Positions 19,725 through 28,890 of a stretch of DNA of 64,000 nt are shown here, piece by piece. Location of the stretch: positions 1-64,000 of the IMG/VR virus record IMGVR_UViG_3300015370_000516; one strand, 5' to 3'. The stretch's first letter is position 1; every line of letters starts with the position of its first letter. The translations under genes were made by a program, and so were the position numbers. This stretch comes from a virus. Its lineage: Duplodnaviria; Caudoviricetes. The notes below the pieces were generated by a model. The model worked only from the letters and a program-made list of their open reading frames with translations. It was not told the origin of the DNA and did not search any database.

Positions 19725-20551
19725 TGCCGTCTTTTTCCCAACTTGCTACCATGACTCTTCAGAGTGTGGCAAGATCCAAGACCATGGTGGTCATTAATCC
19801 TTGGATGTATATGAACGCCACAGTAGCCTTACTGGAAATAGCGGTTGTCATGGCTTCCAAGGCATCCACTTATTTGCTACAATCTTTGCAAAGAAGTCTA
19901 CAGCAAGAAGGTGCATTAGGGAATGACCAAAACTCCACCACAGAGCTAACAGAGCAAGTTTTTCAAATGTCTGAGTTAGCCATTGAACAATTGTTTATTA
20001 GCCCCAACTTGGCAAAGTTTTTCATCTTCCGTCTAAACCCAAATAAACTGGATAGGCACTACAGCAAGATAAGAACTAATACTATTTCGGGCGCTGGTCT
20101 GATTATGGACACCTATGGCAACCAAGGAATTACCTACAGTTATTCTGGTACTATGGGGAACATGCGTCCAGCTTTAGGACTTCTGCGCCTGCCACAGCTT
20201 ACGGCGGCCTGGCATAATTTGTATTTCTTTAAGAAGTTCTTTTTAGACCACGATCAGGACTTAATCTTTGTACTGGACGACGAGGCTTGCGTTGGTCGGT
20301 TTGACTCCTTTGATTTTGGTCTGGATGCCAGCAATCCATGGCTTATCAATTATCGGTTTCAGATAACCGCGTACCCGGATACAGAGTTTAATCTGCTGGA
20401 CGGTTTTGTGGGTGCTGCATTCAATGCTATCAAAGGCACTGCCACTTTTGTCATAGATCCATTTGCTACGGATTTGGATAATGAATCGAGCATAGAAGTG
20501 TTTGATGACACTTATGGAATTAAACATGCACAGGAACTTTATTCGCTTTAA
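19724..20551 (+). CDS. putative tail tube initiator/baseplate protein
   Basis: Position after TMP; FRLNPNKL...DTYGNQGITYSYSGT and GRFDSFDF...YRFQ motifs. Confidence 0.5.
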   Translation: MPSFSQLATMTLQSVARSKTMVVINPWMYMNATVALLEIAVVMASKASTYLLQSLQRSLQQEGALGNDQNSTTELTEQVFQMSELAIEQLFISPNLAKFFIFRLNPNKLDRHYSKIRTNTISGAGLIMDTYGNQGITYSYSGTMGNMRPALGLLRLPQLTAAWHNLYFFKKFFLDHDQDLIFVLDDEACVGRFDSFDFGLDASNPWLINYRFQITAYPDTEFNLLDGFVGAAFNAIKGTATFVIDPFATDLDNESSIEVFDDTYGIKHAQELYSL

Positions 20552-20554
20552 ACT

Positions 20555-22264
20555 ATGCGTGGTGGACTGAAATATAAACCGGATGCCAGGGTTACGCTGC
20601 TGCTGATCAACCCCAGCGATTTCACAAATCGGCAGCTAATCCGGTTCAAGACTTTTACTCAAGTAAGCTCCAGCCTATCCATGCACGGGATAGGCACTGC
20701 AACGGTTGTATTTGCTAACAAGAACTGGTCTTTTTTCAAAGGCATTCAACGTCCTCAATGGATGTCTGAAGCCTCGGCAGAAGTAGATCTACTACATTTT
20801 ATTTGGGAAAAGTTCCGTGACGAAAACACCAGCTCAAACGTTAATTTGCCAGGAAAATATGCGGAAACGTTCTTTCCAGATAAAGTGCTTTTGCCTTGGA
20901 TTAACCCCTTTGACTGTCTCTGGATAGATTATTGTGGTCGGGACGGCGTGTGGTATTCTGGCTTTAGCGGCATTGTTACTGGCTACAAAGAAAACGTTCG
21001 TGCGGGACAAACTCCTACTTTTACTATTACTGCCAAGGACTTCAGACGTATTTTGCAGACGCTGCCAGTAGTTGTTGGCTTGAATAATATGGCTAAGTTA
21101 CCTGATTTAGAGACGATTCTTACTGGCACTCAGGTTTTAGCACAGGATACTACGCCAATTATTCAGAATCGGATGTCAACTTATAATAGCCCAGGAGCTA
21201 TCATAGATGACGTTCTGAAAACCGTCAACGGTCTGCTGGGTTTGGAATCTTCTACCTATGCTAAGTTCTGGACTAAGCCAGTTTTTCCGGATTCGTTTTC
21301 GGCTTATACTTATAAGACTTCAGATGATGAATTTAACGTGTGGAATCCAATTCTCATAGCTGATGATAATTCCAGGCGGAGCCTAAATCCAGCGGCTGCG
21401 GCTTACTATGATCCCAGTACGAGCGCACCGATCTGCCCACATGCTTATAATGATAAGCTCTTTGATATTAGCCAATCCTCTGTTTATCAATTCTTGCTGC
21501 GTAGTCAGTTGAACATGTTGGCTATAGATACCGAGACGGCTATGGGTATTTTTAATCGCATTGCTCAGGTAGTCATGTCTTTCTTTTATGTTGACCAGGC
21601 TGGGAATCTACGCTATGAATATCCGCGTTATGCCACTGTGCCCAGTTCCGATCCGGATCCAATGGCTCCTGGATTAAAGGCAGGTGCTCCTGATCCTGAA
21701 ACCCCGTGGCACTCGCTTAACTATTGGATTTCAGCCGGAGATTTCTCCTTTATTAGCTATCAAGGTGGTGAAGACGAATCTGAACGAGTGGCCACGCGGG
21801 TTGTGGCAGTACAGGATTACGCCTATTTGTCTGGGGCTTTGACAGAGCTTGTAAAGGCTTCCTTGTACAATGGTTATGCCGTAGTTGAGCCAAACGATTT
21901 ATTACGCTACGGGTTACGGGAAGTTAATTTATCTACCTTCTATATGCGGACGCAGATTTCCAAAGATGTGATGAATAAATATGCTAAGGCCGCTCTGTAT
22001 CATCTTAATTCTGCCTCCCGATCTTTTTCTATAGTGTTGAATCAACGCCCCGATACCATGCTAAATCGTTGTCTGGTATTTTCAGAACGTAGCAGAGTGG
22101 GGCTGATAACTGATATTAGCGATTCATTTTCCCCCCAGAGTGGGCATCAGCGTACCCACACTTGTAGATTTGTTCGTTACTTAGGTGAAAAGATAGAATA
22201 CCCATGGGTCGCTATTCTGGATGCTTCAGTTAATTCCATGCCAGGCGAGAAGCAGGTGCGTTAA
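20555..22264 (+). CDS. baseplate hub protein
   Basis: FSGIVTGY...TITAKDF, FYVDQAGNLRY and RYGLR motifs of hub proteins. Confidence 0.65.
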   Translation: MRGGLKYKPDARVTLLLINPSDFTNRQLIRFKTFTQVSSSLSMHGIGTATVVFANKNWSFFKGIQRPQWMSEASAEVDLLHFIWEKFRDENTSSNVNLPGKYAETFFPDKVLLPWINPFDCLWIDYCGRDGVWYSGFSGIVTGYKENVRAGQTPTFTITAKDFRRILQTLPVVVGLNNMAKLPDLETILTGTQVLAQDTTPIIQNRMSTYNSPGAIIDDVLKTVNGLLGLESSTYAKFWTKPVFPDSFSAYTYKTSDDEFNVWNPILIADDNSRRSLNPAAAAYYDPSTSAPICPHAYNDKLFDISQSSVYQFLLRSQLNMLAIDTETAMGIFNRIAQVVMSFFYVDQAGNLRYEYPRYATVPSSDPDPMAPGLKAGAPDPETPWHSLNYWISAGDFSFISYQGGEDESERVATRVVAVQDYAYLSGALTELVKASLYNGYAVVEPNDLLRYGLREVNLSTFYMRTQISKDVMNKYAKAALYHLNSASRSFSIVLNQRPDTMLNRCLVFSERSRVGLITDISDSFSPQSGHQRTHTCRFVRYLGEKIEYPWVAILDASVNSMPGEKQVR

Positions 22265-23358
22265 TGTCAATCGTAATACCCAGAATTCAGCAGCATGATG
22301 GTCTAACCGCCGGTTATATGAACGCCGATGTTGGTCTGGTTGTGGCTGTTGAACGAGTATCAGAACAAATAGAATATGGTCTTCAAGTAGATGAAATCGG
22401 ACTGGAAACTCATGAATTTGATAATTATGCTTCAAGATTCTCCTATACACTGTCTATTCAGCTTATGAGCCGCGTAGGGCAATTAGTCCAAGTTCCTTAT
22501 ATTTTCAATGGTCAGGCAGCGGCTTCCATGAGCGGACAGATTCCAGTACGAGGTCAGATAGTTATAATTCTATACGTTGGTCAACGGCGCATCCCTATGG
22601 CATTTGGGGGATTTAATCTGTGGACGGTGATGCGCCGTTTAATTGCCGAGGAGTTGTTCCCAGAATTTAAACCCGGCGAGGTCTTTAGCCAAGCGGCCAT
22701 TCGGGAAGACCCCATGAGCCTATTGAATTCTTCATTAGATGAAGGATCACAAGAACAAGAATTCAAGGAACAGTTTCGGGGCGGGTCTATTTATCAGGAT
22801 TTCAAAGGCAGGGTCTTTATTGAATCCAGACATTATCGTGCTGATGGATCTGACGGGGCTTTTATTCAGCTTGTACTTGGCAACCCAGCAGCTTCTACTA
22901 CCGCCGATGAAGCTAACGATTTTAATGAAGAGGATGCTACTGGCGAAGCTCTAATAGCTATGCGTATAAAGCTATCTCCCAAGCCTGACCAGGATCCAAC
23001 CTTCATTATGAACGTTACACAGGAAGGCAAAGTCATTATTGAAACTCCCCATGCTTGGCTTGGTCGTGCACCTGGGGAAGGTCCTGAGCCGGAAACTACC
23101 GTAGAAGTTGATGTAGCTGCCAAAAAGGTAATTATTGATGGTCAGAAGATTTATCAAGGAAGAGCCGCAGAACAACAGGCTGTTTTTGGTAACATTCTGC
23201 ATCAACTTTTATCTGACTTGATAGATGCCGTAATTCAAACCAGACAACCGGTGGCTGGAGCTGGTCCAACCGCAGGCCCCCCAATGAACTTACAGAATTG
23301 GTTGAACATAAAATACCAGCTTCCGCAGATATTGTCTAACACAAATCTGGTGGAGTGA
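22264..23358 (+). CDS. baseplate central spike (gpV/gp5-like)
   Basis: N-terminal OB-like region (PVRGQIVIILY); follows the hub. Confidence 0.55.
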   Translation: MSIVIPRIQQHDGLTAGYMNADVGLVVAVERVSEQIEYGLQVDEIGLETHEFDNYASRFSYTLSIQLMSRVGQLVQVPYIFNGQAAASMSGQIPVRGQIVIILYVGQRRIPMAFGGFNLWTVMRRLIAEELFPEFKPGEVFSQAAIREDPMSLLNSSLDEGSQEQEFKEQFRGGSIYQDFKGRVFIESRHYRADGSDGAFIQLVLGNPAASTTADEANDFNEEDATGEALIAMRIKLSPKPDQDPTFIMNVTQEGKVIIETPHAWLGRAPGEGPEPETTVEVDVAAKKVIIDGQKIYQGRAAEQQAVFGNILHQLLSDLIDAVIQTRQPVAGAGPTAGPPMNLQNWLNIKYQLPQILSNTNLVE

Positions 23359-23361
23359 TCC

Positions 23362-23769
23362 ATGCCATTAGTAGCAGACGATCTCTATAACGCGATTTAT
23401 CCCCCTATCAAGGAGGACATATACCAGCCGCTTTATGATGCTTTCTACGCCATCACCGGCTACATGATAGAACCAGGCAACTTTTGGAAAGTTCAGGGAA
23501 CTCAGGCAGCCCCGGATCCCGCGTATTATCAGGCTGCAATTGACGAAGCAAGCAGACGAGCAACAGAAATAGCCACGGTGCTGTCAGACGCTTTAGCCGA
23601 TAAAATATCCAGAACTATAGCTGACCAAATTCGCCCATGGATTGTACAAGGTTCAGAAATTACTTGTACTATTCCAGCTACGTCAATTGGTACGGTAGGT
23701 GGATCCAATGCCCAGAGTGGTCCCCAGAGTAATTTAGAAATTGCTGGAATTGTTGACGAGGGTCCCTAA
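23362..23769 (+). CDS. hypothetical baseplate-region protein
   Basis: ORF packing in the baseplate operon. Confidence 0.55.
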   Translation: MPLVADDLYNAIYPPIKEDIYQPLYDAFYAITGYMIEPGNFWKVQGTQAAPDPAYYQAAIDEASRRATEIATVLSDALADKISRTIADQIRPWIVQGSEITCTIPATSIGTVGGSNAQSGPQSNLEIAGIVDEGP

Positions 23770-24230
23770 TGGCAAATCTCAAAGACATAAAATTAGTCCC
23801 CAGAGATCTAACCAGCGATTCGTTTACTACTGGTAGCATGACCATAGAACTTGACGAACGGGGAGAGCCCAGATTGTTGGATGATTCCGCAGCTTTGAAT
23901 CAAGACATTCTGAAAGCCATTTTTACCGGAGTACAGCCCGATGGCTACGGCACGGTCATTCGCAACGTAGTAGGTGAAAAGAACACCGGAGTAGTAAAAG
24001 CTATGCTTAGTTTTACAATTATTTCTTCATTACAGGTTCTTAGAAAAATACATAATGAGCTGCGCAAGGAATTCCCTACACAGTTCAGGGGTAGAAGATG
24101 CTTAGCCAACGTGGATTTTATACATGTCGAGGACGTTACGGTTACAAGCGTTTTGATTAAAGTGGACCTCCGAGATAGAGAAAATACCATGATTGCCCAG
24201 GCTGTTCAATATAACAATACAAAGGAGTAG
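23769..24230 (+). CDS. baseplate wedge protein (gp25-like)
   Basis: L.QDILKAIFT...YGT motif; immediately upstream of baseplate J. Confidence 0.6.
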   Translation: MANLKDIKLVPRDLTSDSFTTGSMTIELDERGEPRLLDDSAALNQDILKAIFTGVQPDGYGTVIRNVVGEKNTGVVKAMLSFTIISSLQVLRKIHNELRKEFPTQFRGRRCLANVDFIHVEDVTVTSVLIKVDLRDRENTMIAQAVQYNNTKE

Positions 24231-24232
24231 GC

Positions 24233-25822
24233 ATGCTGCCTATCCAGACCAGAGAAGCTATTCTCAGCAAACTACGGGCAGACATTCGGGGACTCAACTC
24301 GGATATAAACGTCGGGGAGCACTCCGTAGCTTTTGACATAGCTTTATACCCAGCAGCATCACTCGGAGAAGATTTGTGGATGTTGGCAGATTTTATCACC
24401 CGGCTGCAGAGCTTGAACAGCATTGTCGCTATGCAGGAAGATGACGTTTACAAGGAGAAGCTGAGAACCTTATTTCAGTACAATACGATTGCCGACGTCG
24501 AGAATCTTATTTCCAGTATGCTGGATGCCAAGGTAGGTAACTGGAACGTTGCCCGCGGCTCCGCAGTGGCTGCCCGAGCCTTAGTTCGTTTTTATGGAAG
24601 TGATAATACCCCAATCACGGTAGCCGCTGGCAAGCGGGTGTCCACACGGGGTCAGAACTCCGTAACATTTACCGTCCTGGATGGCTGTAGCAGCGCCCCA
24701 GTTCAATTTGATTCCTATTCTGGTCTGTGGTATACGGAGTTGCTGTGTCGAGCCACCACGGGCGGCACAGTGGGCTTAGTTGCCGAAAATACTATAACCT
24801 ATTTAGTTGACAACGTTCCTGGCGTGATTCAATGCCGCAACGCCTTAGCATCATTTGGTGGCAAGAACGCCGAAAGCGATGTTGACTTGGCTGACCGCGC
24901 CAAGGCAGCCTGGAAATCATGGTCTTTGGATACTACTGGCGGGCTACAGGCTTTCTTTCGCGGCCAGCCTGGTGTTGACGATGCCTATGTCGCTGGTCCT
25001 GGCAATCCTTTGGTGGGGCGCAACCGTCAAATGGGAGTTCCCACAGATATTTTTGTGCAGGTGGCTCCCGATCCACTGTCTGAAGTAGATGTATTTGTTT
25101 CCACATTAGCGTATCCAGTAACTGCCAGAGAAGCTCTTTTACTTCCGCAGATGTATGCAATAGCATCGTCATTTCAGCTTCAGGGTATACCTAATTATCC
25201 CATAACTGGAGAAACTCAGACCATAACCTATTACCCCAACAAGCAGCCGGTCATTGAGGTCTTGTCAGTTTCAGGAACCAGTTCAGGTAACATAGACTTT
25301 GAAGTACATTATGATACTACGAATATGTATTCTGGATCAGTCCGTGCACATACTTACATTGATCTTACTCTGGATTTGGCGGTGGCTACAACTGGGGAGA
25401 CAATTACCGTTACCTATAATTATGACGGGGTGATCATGGCTCTCCAAAACACCATTGACGATCCTCAATATGATTTAATGTCCCAGGATTTATTAGTACG
25501 GTCAGGATTACAAATAGATGTTGACATAACTGCACAGATTACGCTTTTGCCTAATTTCTCGGCAACTACGGTACAATCTATAATTCAGCAGGACTTGCTT
25601 AAACTGTTTGCCGGTGGCCGTGCATCTACAGGTAAATGGTATCCTCGCTATAAACTTGGGCAGCGTATTGACTATTCAGATATTTATGCAGTTATTACTA
25701 ACGTGTATGGTGTTGATCGGATTGATTCTCTGAGAATCATGGTGGGGGGTCGTTTAGTTACAAATTACAGGAATTTACAGATGAGCGAGTACGCTCGGTT
25801 GGGAACCATAACATGGATTTAA
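24233..25822 (+). CDS. baseplate J-like protein
   Basis: ITVAAGKRVST, CRATTGG..G, GGKNAESD..LADR and GVDDAYV motifs. Confidence 0.85.
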   Translation: MLPIQTREAILSKLRADIRGLNSDINVGEHSVAFDIALYPAASLGEDLWMLADFITRLQSLNSIVAMQEDDVYKEKLRTLFQYNTIADVENLISSMLDAKVGNWNVARGSAVAARALVRFYGSDNTPITVAAGKRVSTRGQNSVTFTVLDGCSSAPVQFDSYSGLWYTELLCRATTGGTVGLVAENTITYLVDNVPGVIQCRNALASFGGKNAESDVDLADRAKAAWKSWSLDTTGGLQAFFRGQPGVDDAYVAGPGNPLVGRNRQMGVPTDIFVQVAPDPLSEVDVFVSTLAYPVTAREALLLPQMYAIASSFQLQGIPNYPITGETQTITYYPNKQPVIEVLSVSGTSSGNIDFEVHYDTTNMYSGSVRAHTYIDLTLDLAVATTGETITVTYNYDGVIMALQNTIDDPQYDLMSQDLLVRSGLQIDVDITAQITLLPNFSATTVQSIIQQDLLKLFAGGRASTGKWYPRYKLGQRIDYSDIYAVITNVYGVDRIDSLRIMVGGRLVTNYRNLQMSEYARLGTITWI

Positions 25823-25823
25823 G

Positions 25824-28800
25824 ATGAGCTTGAGAGTTTGGGTTGAGGCTTCCCCACTAAACAGCTTCGACAATCCTGAACACCGCCGTTTTAAGCAGAA
25901 AATGGTGGATGCCAACGTCTACGACTGCTCGGTGCAGGCCTATCCGATGACGACATCTGCACTTACCATGTCTGTCTCTGGTTGCACGGCTGATGAGATA
26001 ACTCAAGTTTACCATAATGGAGCAATTGTTCAAACCCTACAGAACAACGCAACTTATATTTTTAAGTTAAAACCTGTAGTTGGTAGAAACGTAGTTAATG
26101 CTATATGTGGAGGAGTCAATTCCAATCAGATTATTTTCTCGGCGGATTTATTGCATACTATGGTTTATGCTATTCCATGGGTAATAGAGGAATACGATAA
26201 TGAATTACGTCAGGCTTGGGCTAACGGGTTTTTGGCTGAAAACGTAGTTTCCGGTCTATCAGGTGGGACGCTTTCTCCAACTCAGCAATCTCTGGTAGAT
26301 ACTTGGGGAGAATGGTTAGGGGTTCCCAGACTAACTGGGTGGACGGTTTCACAGTACATAGTTGCTCTTCGTTCTATTCTGGGAATTTACCAGCGTGGTG
26401 CAACTGTGCAAAGTATGCGAGATATTGCAATAGCTCTGGGAGATATAAGTGGTGAAACTACCGCTGTAGTTCCCATGCGCCAGATTCACGCTACGGCCAC
26501 TGAAATCATGCCCAGAGTGTTTGGGTGTCAGGATTCGTTTGGAGACGTAACCCAGCTAACTGTGTACCCAACTAAGGTCAAGATGGGTAATAGATGGTAC
26601 AATGTTGGCTATCAGTCTGGAGTAACTATTCCAGCCACGACCAACCGGATGCTTGATGCTACTGGCGAGGCTTTCGCTGTCTTGGATCCTAATATGTCAA
26701 CGGTTGTGTTGAGCGGAGATACCTATATCGAGGACGCTTGGCTCAACTCAGGAAATACGGGGTATAATTATGGTAATTTTACTGGTGCAACAAAAATTGA
26801 TCTATCTACAGGATCATCCTATCTGATACGTCTTAAGAATTTGCCAGCGGCATTAGGAAGTGGTAAAACTATTTCTACATGTACTTTATATTGTTGGGTA
26901 TTGGGTGGAGGTGGTCCAGTGCCGATAGACAATAAAAAGTCTATTGCTATAAAGCGAGTTTTAAAACCATGGGTGGCTGGTTCTTATACCGGAGCAACGC
27001 CCGCAGTGGGTTGTGGTTGTACGTTTAGTTCCTGGAATGGGAATGATAAACTCTGGGCAATTGCTGGAGGCCACAACGAAGCAGACGCTGATCAGAATGA
27101 AGGTAATGGCACAGGTGCAGATTGTTGGGCAACCCCGGAGAGCACAGTTCAATTATTAACAACAGGCTCAACTTATCCAAGGATTGTTCCAGGTTATCGA
27201 GCTCTAACTATTAGATCTGATTTAGTGCAATCTTGGTACAATGGGTCTATGAGTGGTAATGGTGTATTAATGTTAATTGACCAACCTTCTGGTTGGTATG
27301 ACATTGCTGGGTTGGAATATAGCGGAGACACAAAAAGACCTTATTTCGAGATTTCTTATTACGACCAAAGCAGTGCTGCCGAGATACATCAAGATTTTGC
27401 CCAAGAACTTCTCATGGTCGTGGTCTCTGGAGAACCCAGACAGGTTATCGGAACTTACGTTGATTACTTTACTACTGGCAGTGTGCTTACTGATAGCACC
27501 GGTGAGATAACCGGTGTAGAAGACGGCAAATACGTTATTTTGGAACGTACCCCCATGGAAATCGTTTGGGCTGGGGATGTTTCTGGGGGCACTGGTAGTA
27601 CGATCTATCCAATAACTAATTCATGTATAATTATAACTGATTATAGAACCGGAAATACTCCGTATGTCTTTTTAGGAACGAGATTGGACGTTGACCAGAT
27701 TATTGCCCAGGATTCTCAATTAGCCGTTTATTACAGGGCAGTGCGCCGCGACCTGCGCGTTGTGGCTCGAATAGTTTGTGACCTTGATAGCGGTGGGACA
27801 GTTACTGGAATTAGGGAAATACACCGCCCCAATGTTCCCAGCTGTGGAGCTATTGACTGGTCTCCAGCTTGGCGCAGACGAGTATATTCCGTTTGCTTGG
27901 GAAGACCTACCAGCGGATCACCTTATTCCCAGGAAGAACAGGACTGGGCTAACCGCGTTTTTCAGACGTTAGCACCGTTTGGAGCAATAGGATTTCTTAA
28001 TTTCTATTTACCGGCTGAGCTGGATCCATTTACGCTGGATGCTGATTACTTTGGGTTTTGGTTTAGATCGCTATCCCTAAGTGGACTGACCAGCGGTAAC
28101 GAGGTTCAATCCTGGACTTCGGAAGTATCTGGGGGAACTGGGGCCGGCGGAACTACCGGCTATGTTACGGCTACCCAGACCAGTGGGTTGGGAATATGCC
28201 CCATTTATCTTACAGGCGTTACCCCGTCCAATAGTCCGGTATTGCGCTTTGGTGGTACTGGCAGTGTGTTATCCTATTTGAACTTGCCAAGCGATATTAC
28301 CAAAGACGTGAGCGGTTATACGTTAATATCAGTGCATCGCAGCAATTACTATGATGGCAGTGGACAAACGATCTTTCACACCACTACGTCTGGAAGCACC
28401 GGATTAACCCGGATGCGGATGGGACGTGGTGATTCTGGATTACCGCGCCTACAAGCTGCCGGACGTCGCCTGGAATCAGATGACGAGGCTGGTGTTACCG
28501 GTGGTACGTTTATCCTAACTGGCTGGAGCGTAGACGCTGCGGTGTTTGATTTTGTAGGCAATACGCTCAAGATTTATCGTAACGGTCATCTGGTTGCCGA
28601 GAACTCCGATTTTCAAACAACTGGAACTTTGGAGAACTCTAATTCCTCTGGGGCTACTTTGGGAGCGCGAGCCGATGCTGCCGGAGGTCTTTGTGGTGAC
28701 CTGGTGGAAATCTTTGGCTATAAACAGGCTTTAAGCGATGCCCAAGTAGCCGGATTATCAAGTTACTTTCACAACTATAACCTGGTAAACAGGAATATCT

Positions 28801-28865
28801 TATACCGGCGGGGCTATGAACAGTACGACTCACGTGGACCAGCAGAGGTTTCGGAAGAGGAATAA
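25824..28865 (+). CDS. baseplate wedge (gpI-like) fused to DNRLRE-like and LamG/concanavalin-like domains
   Basis: DTWGEWLGVPRL.G wedge motif; EDAWLNS...NYG...YLIRL..LP....ISTCTL; C-terminal LKIYRNG...TLGAR...GDLVEI. Confidence 0.6.
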   Translation: MSLRVWVEASPLNSFDNPEHRRFKQKMVDANVYDCSVQAYPMTTSALTMSVSGCTADEITQVYHNGAIVQTLQNNATYIFKLKPVVGRNVVNAICGGVNSNQIIFSADLLHTMVYAIPWVIEEYDNELRQAWANGFLAENVVSGLSGGTLSPTQQSLVDTWGEWLGVPRLTGWTVSQYIVALRSILGIYQRGATVQSMRDIAIALGDISGETTAVVPMRQIHATATEIMPRVFGCQDSFGDVTQLTVYPTKVKMGNRWYNVGYQSGVTIPATTNRMLDATGEAFAVLDPNMSTVVLSGDTYIEDAWLNSGNTGYNYGNFTGATKIDLSTGSSYLIRLKNLPAALGSGKTISTCTLYCWVLGGGGPVPIDNKKSIAIKRVLKPWVAGSYTGATPAVGCGCTFSSWNGNDKLWAIAGGHNEADADQNEGNGTGADCWATPESTVQLLTTGSTYPRIVPGYRALTIRSDLVQSWYNGSMSGNGVLMLIDQPSGWYDIAGLEYSGDTKRPYFEISYYDQSSAAEIHQDFAQELLMVVVSGEPRQVIGTYVDYFTTGSVLTDSTGEITGVEDGKYVILERTPMEIVWAGDVSGGTGSTIYPITNSCIIITDYRTGNTPYVFLGTRLDVDQIIAQDSQLAVYYRAVRRDLRVVARIVCDLDSGGTVTGIREIHRPNVPSCGAIDWSPAWRRRVYSVCLGRPTSGSPYSQEEQDWANRVFQTLAPFGAIGFLNFYLPAELDPFTLDADYFGFWFRSLSLSGLTSGNEVQSWTSEVSGGTGAGGTTGYVTATQTSGLGICPIYLTGVTPSNSPVLRFGGTGSVLSYLNLPSDITKDVSGYTLISVHRSNYYDGSGQTIFHTTTSGSTGLTRMRMGRGDSGLPRLQAAGRRLESDDEAGVTGGTFILTGWSVDAAVFDFVGNTLKIYRNGHLVAENSDFQTTGTLENSNSSGATLGARADAAGGLCGDLVEIFGYKQALSDAQVAGLSSYFHNYNLVNRNILYRRGYEQYDSRGPAEVSEEE

Positions 28866-28890
28866 AAACTAAATCTAATGGAATGATACC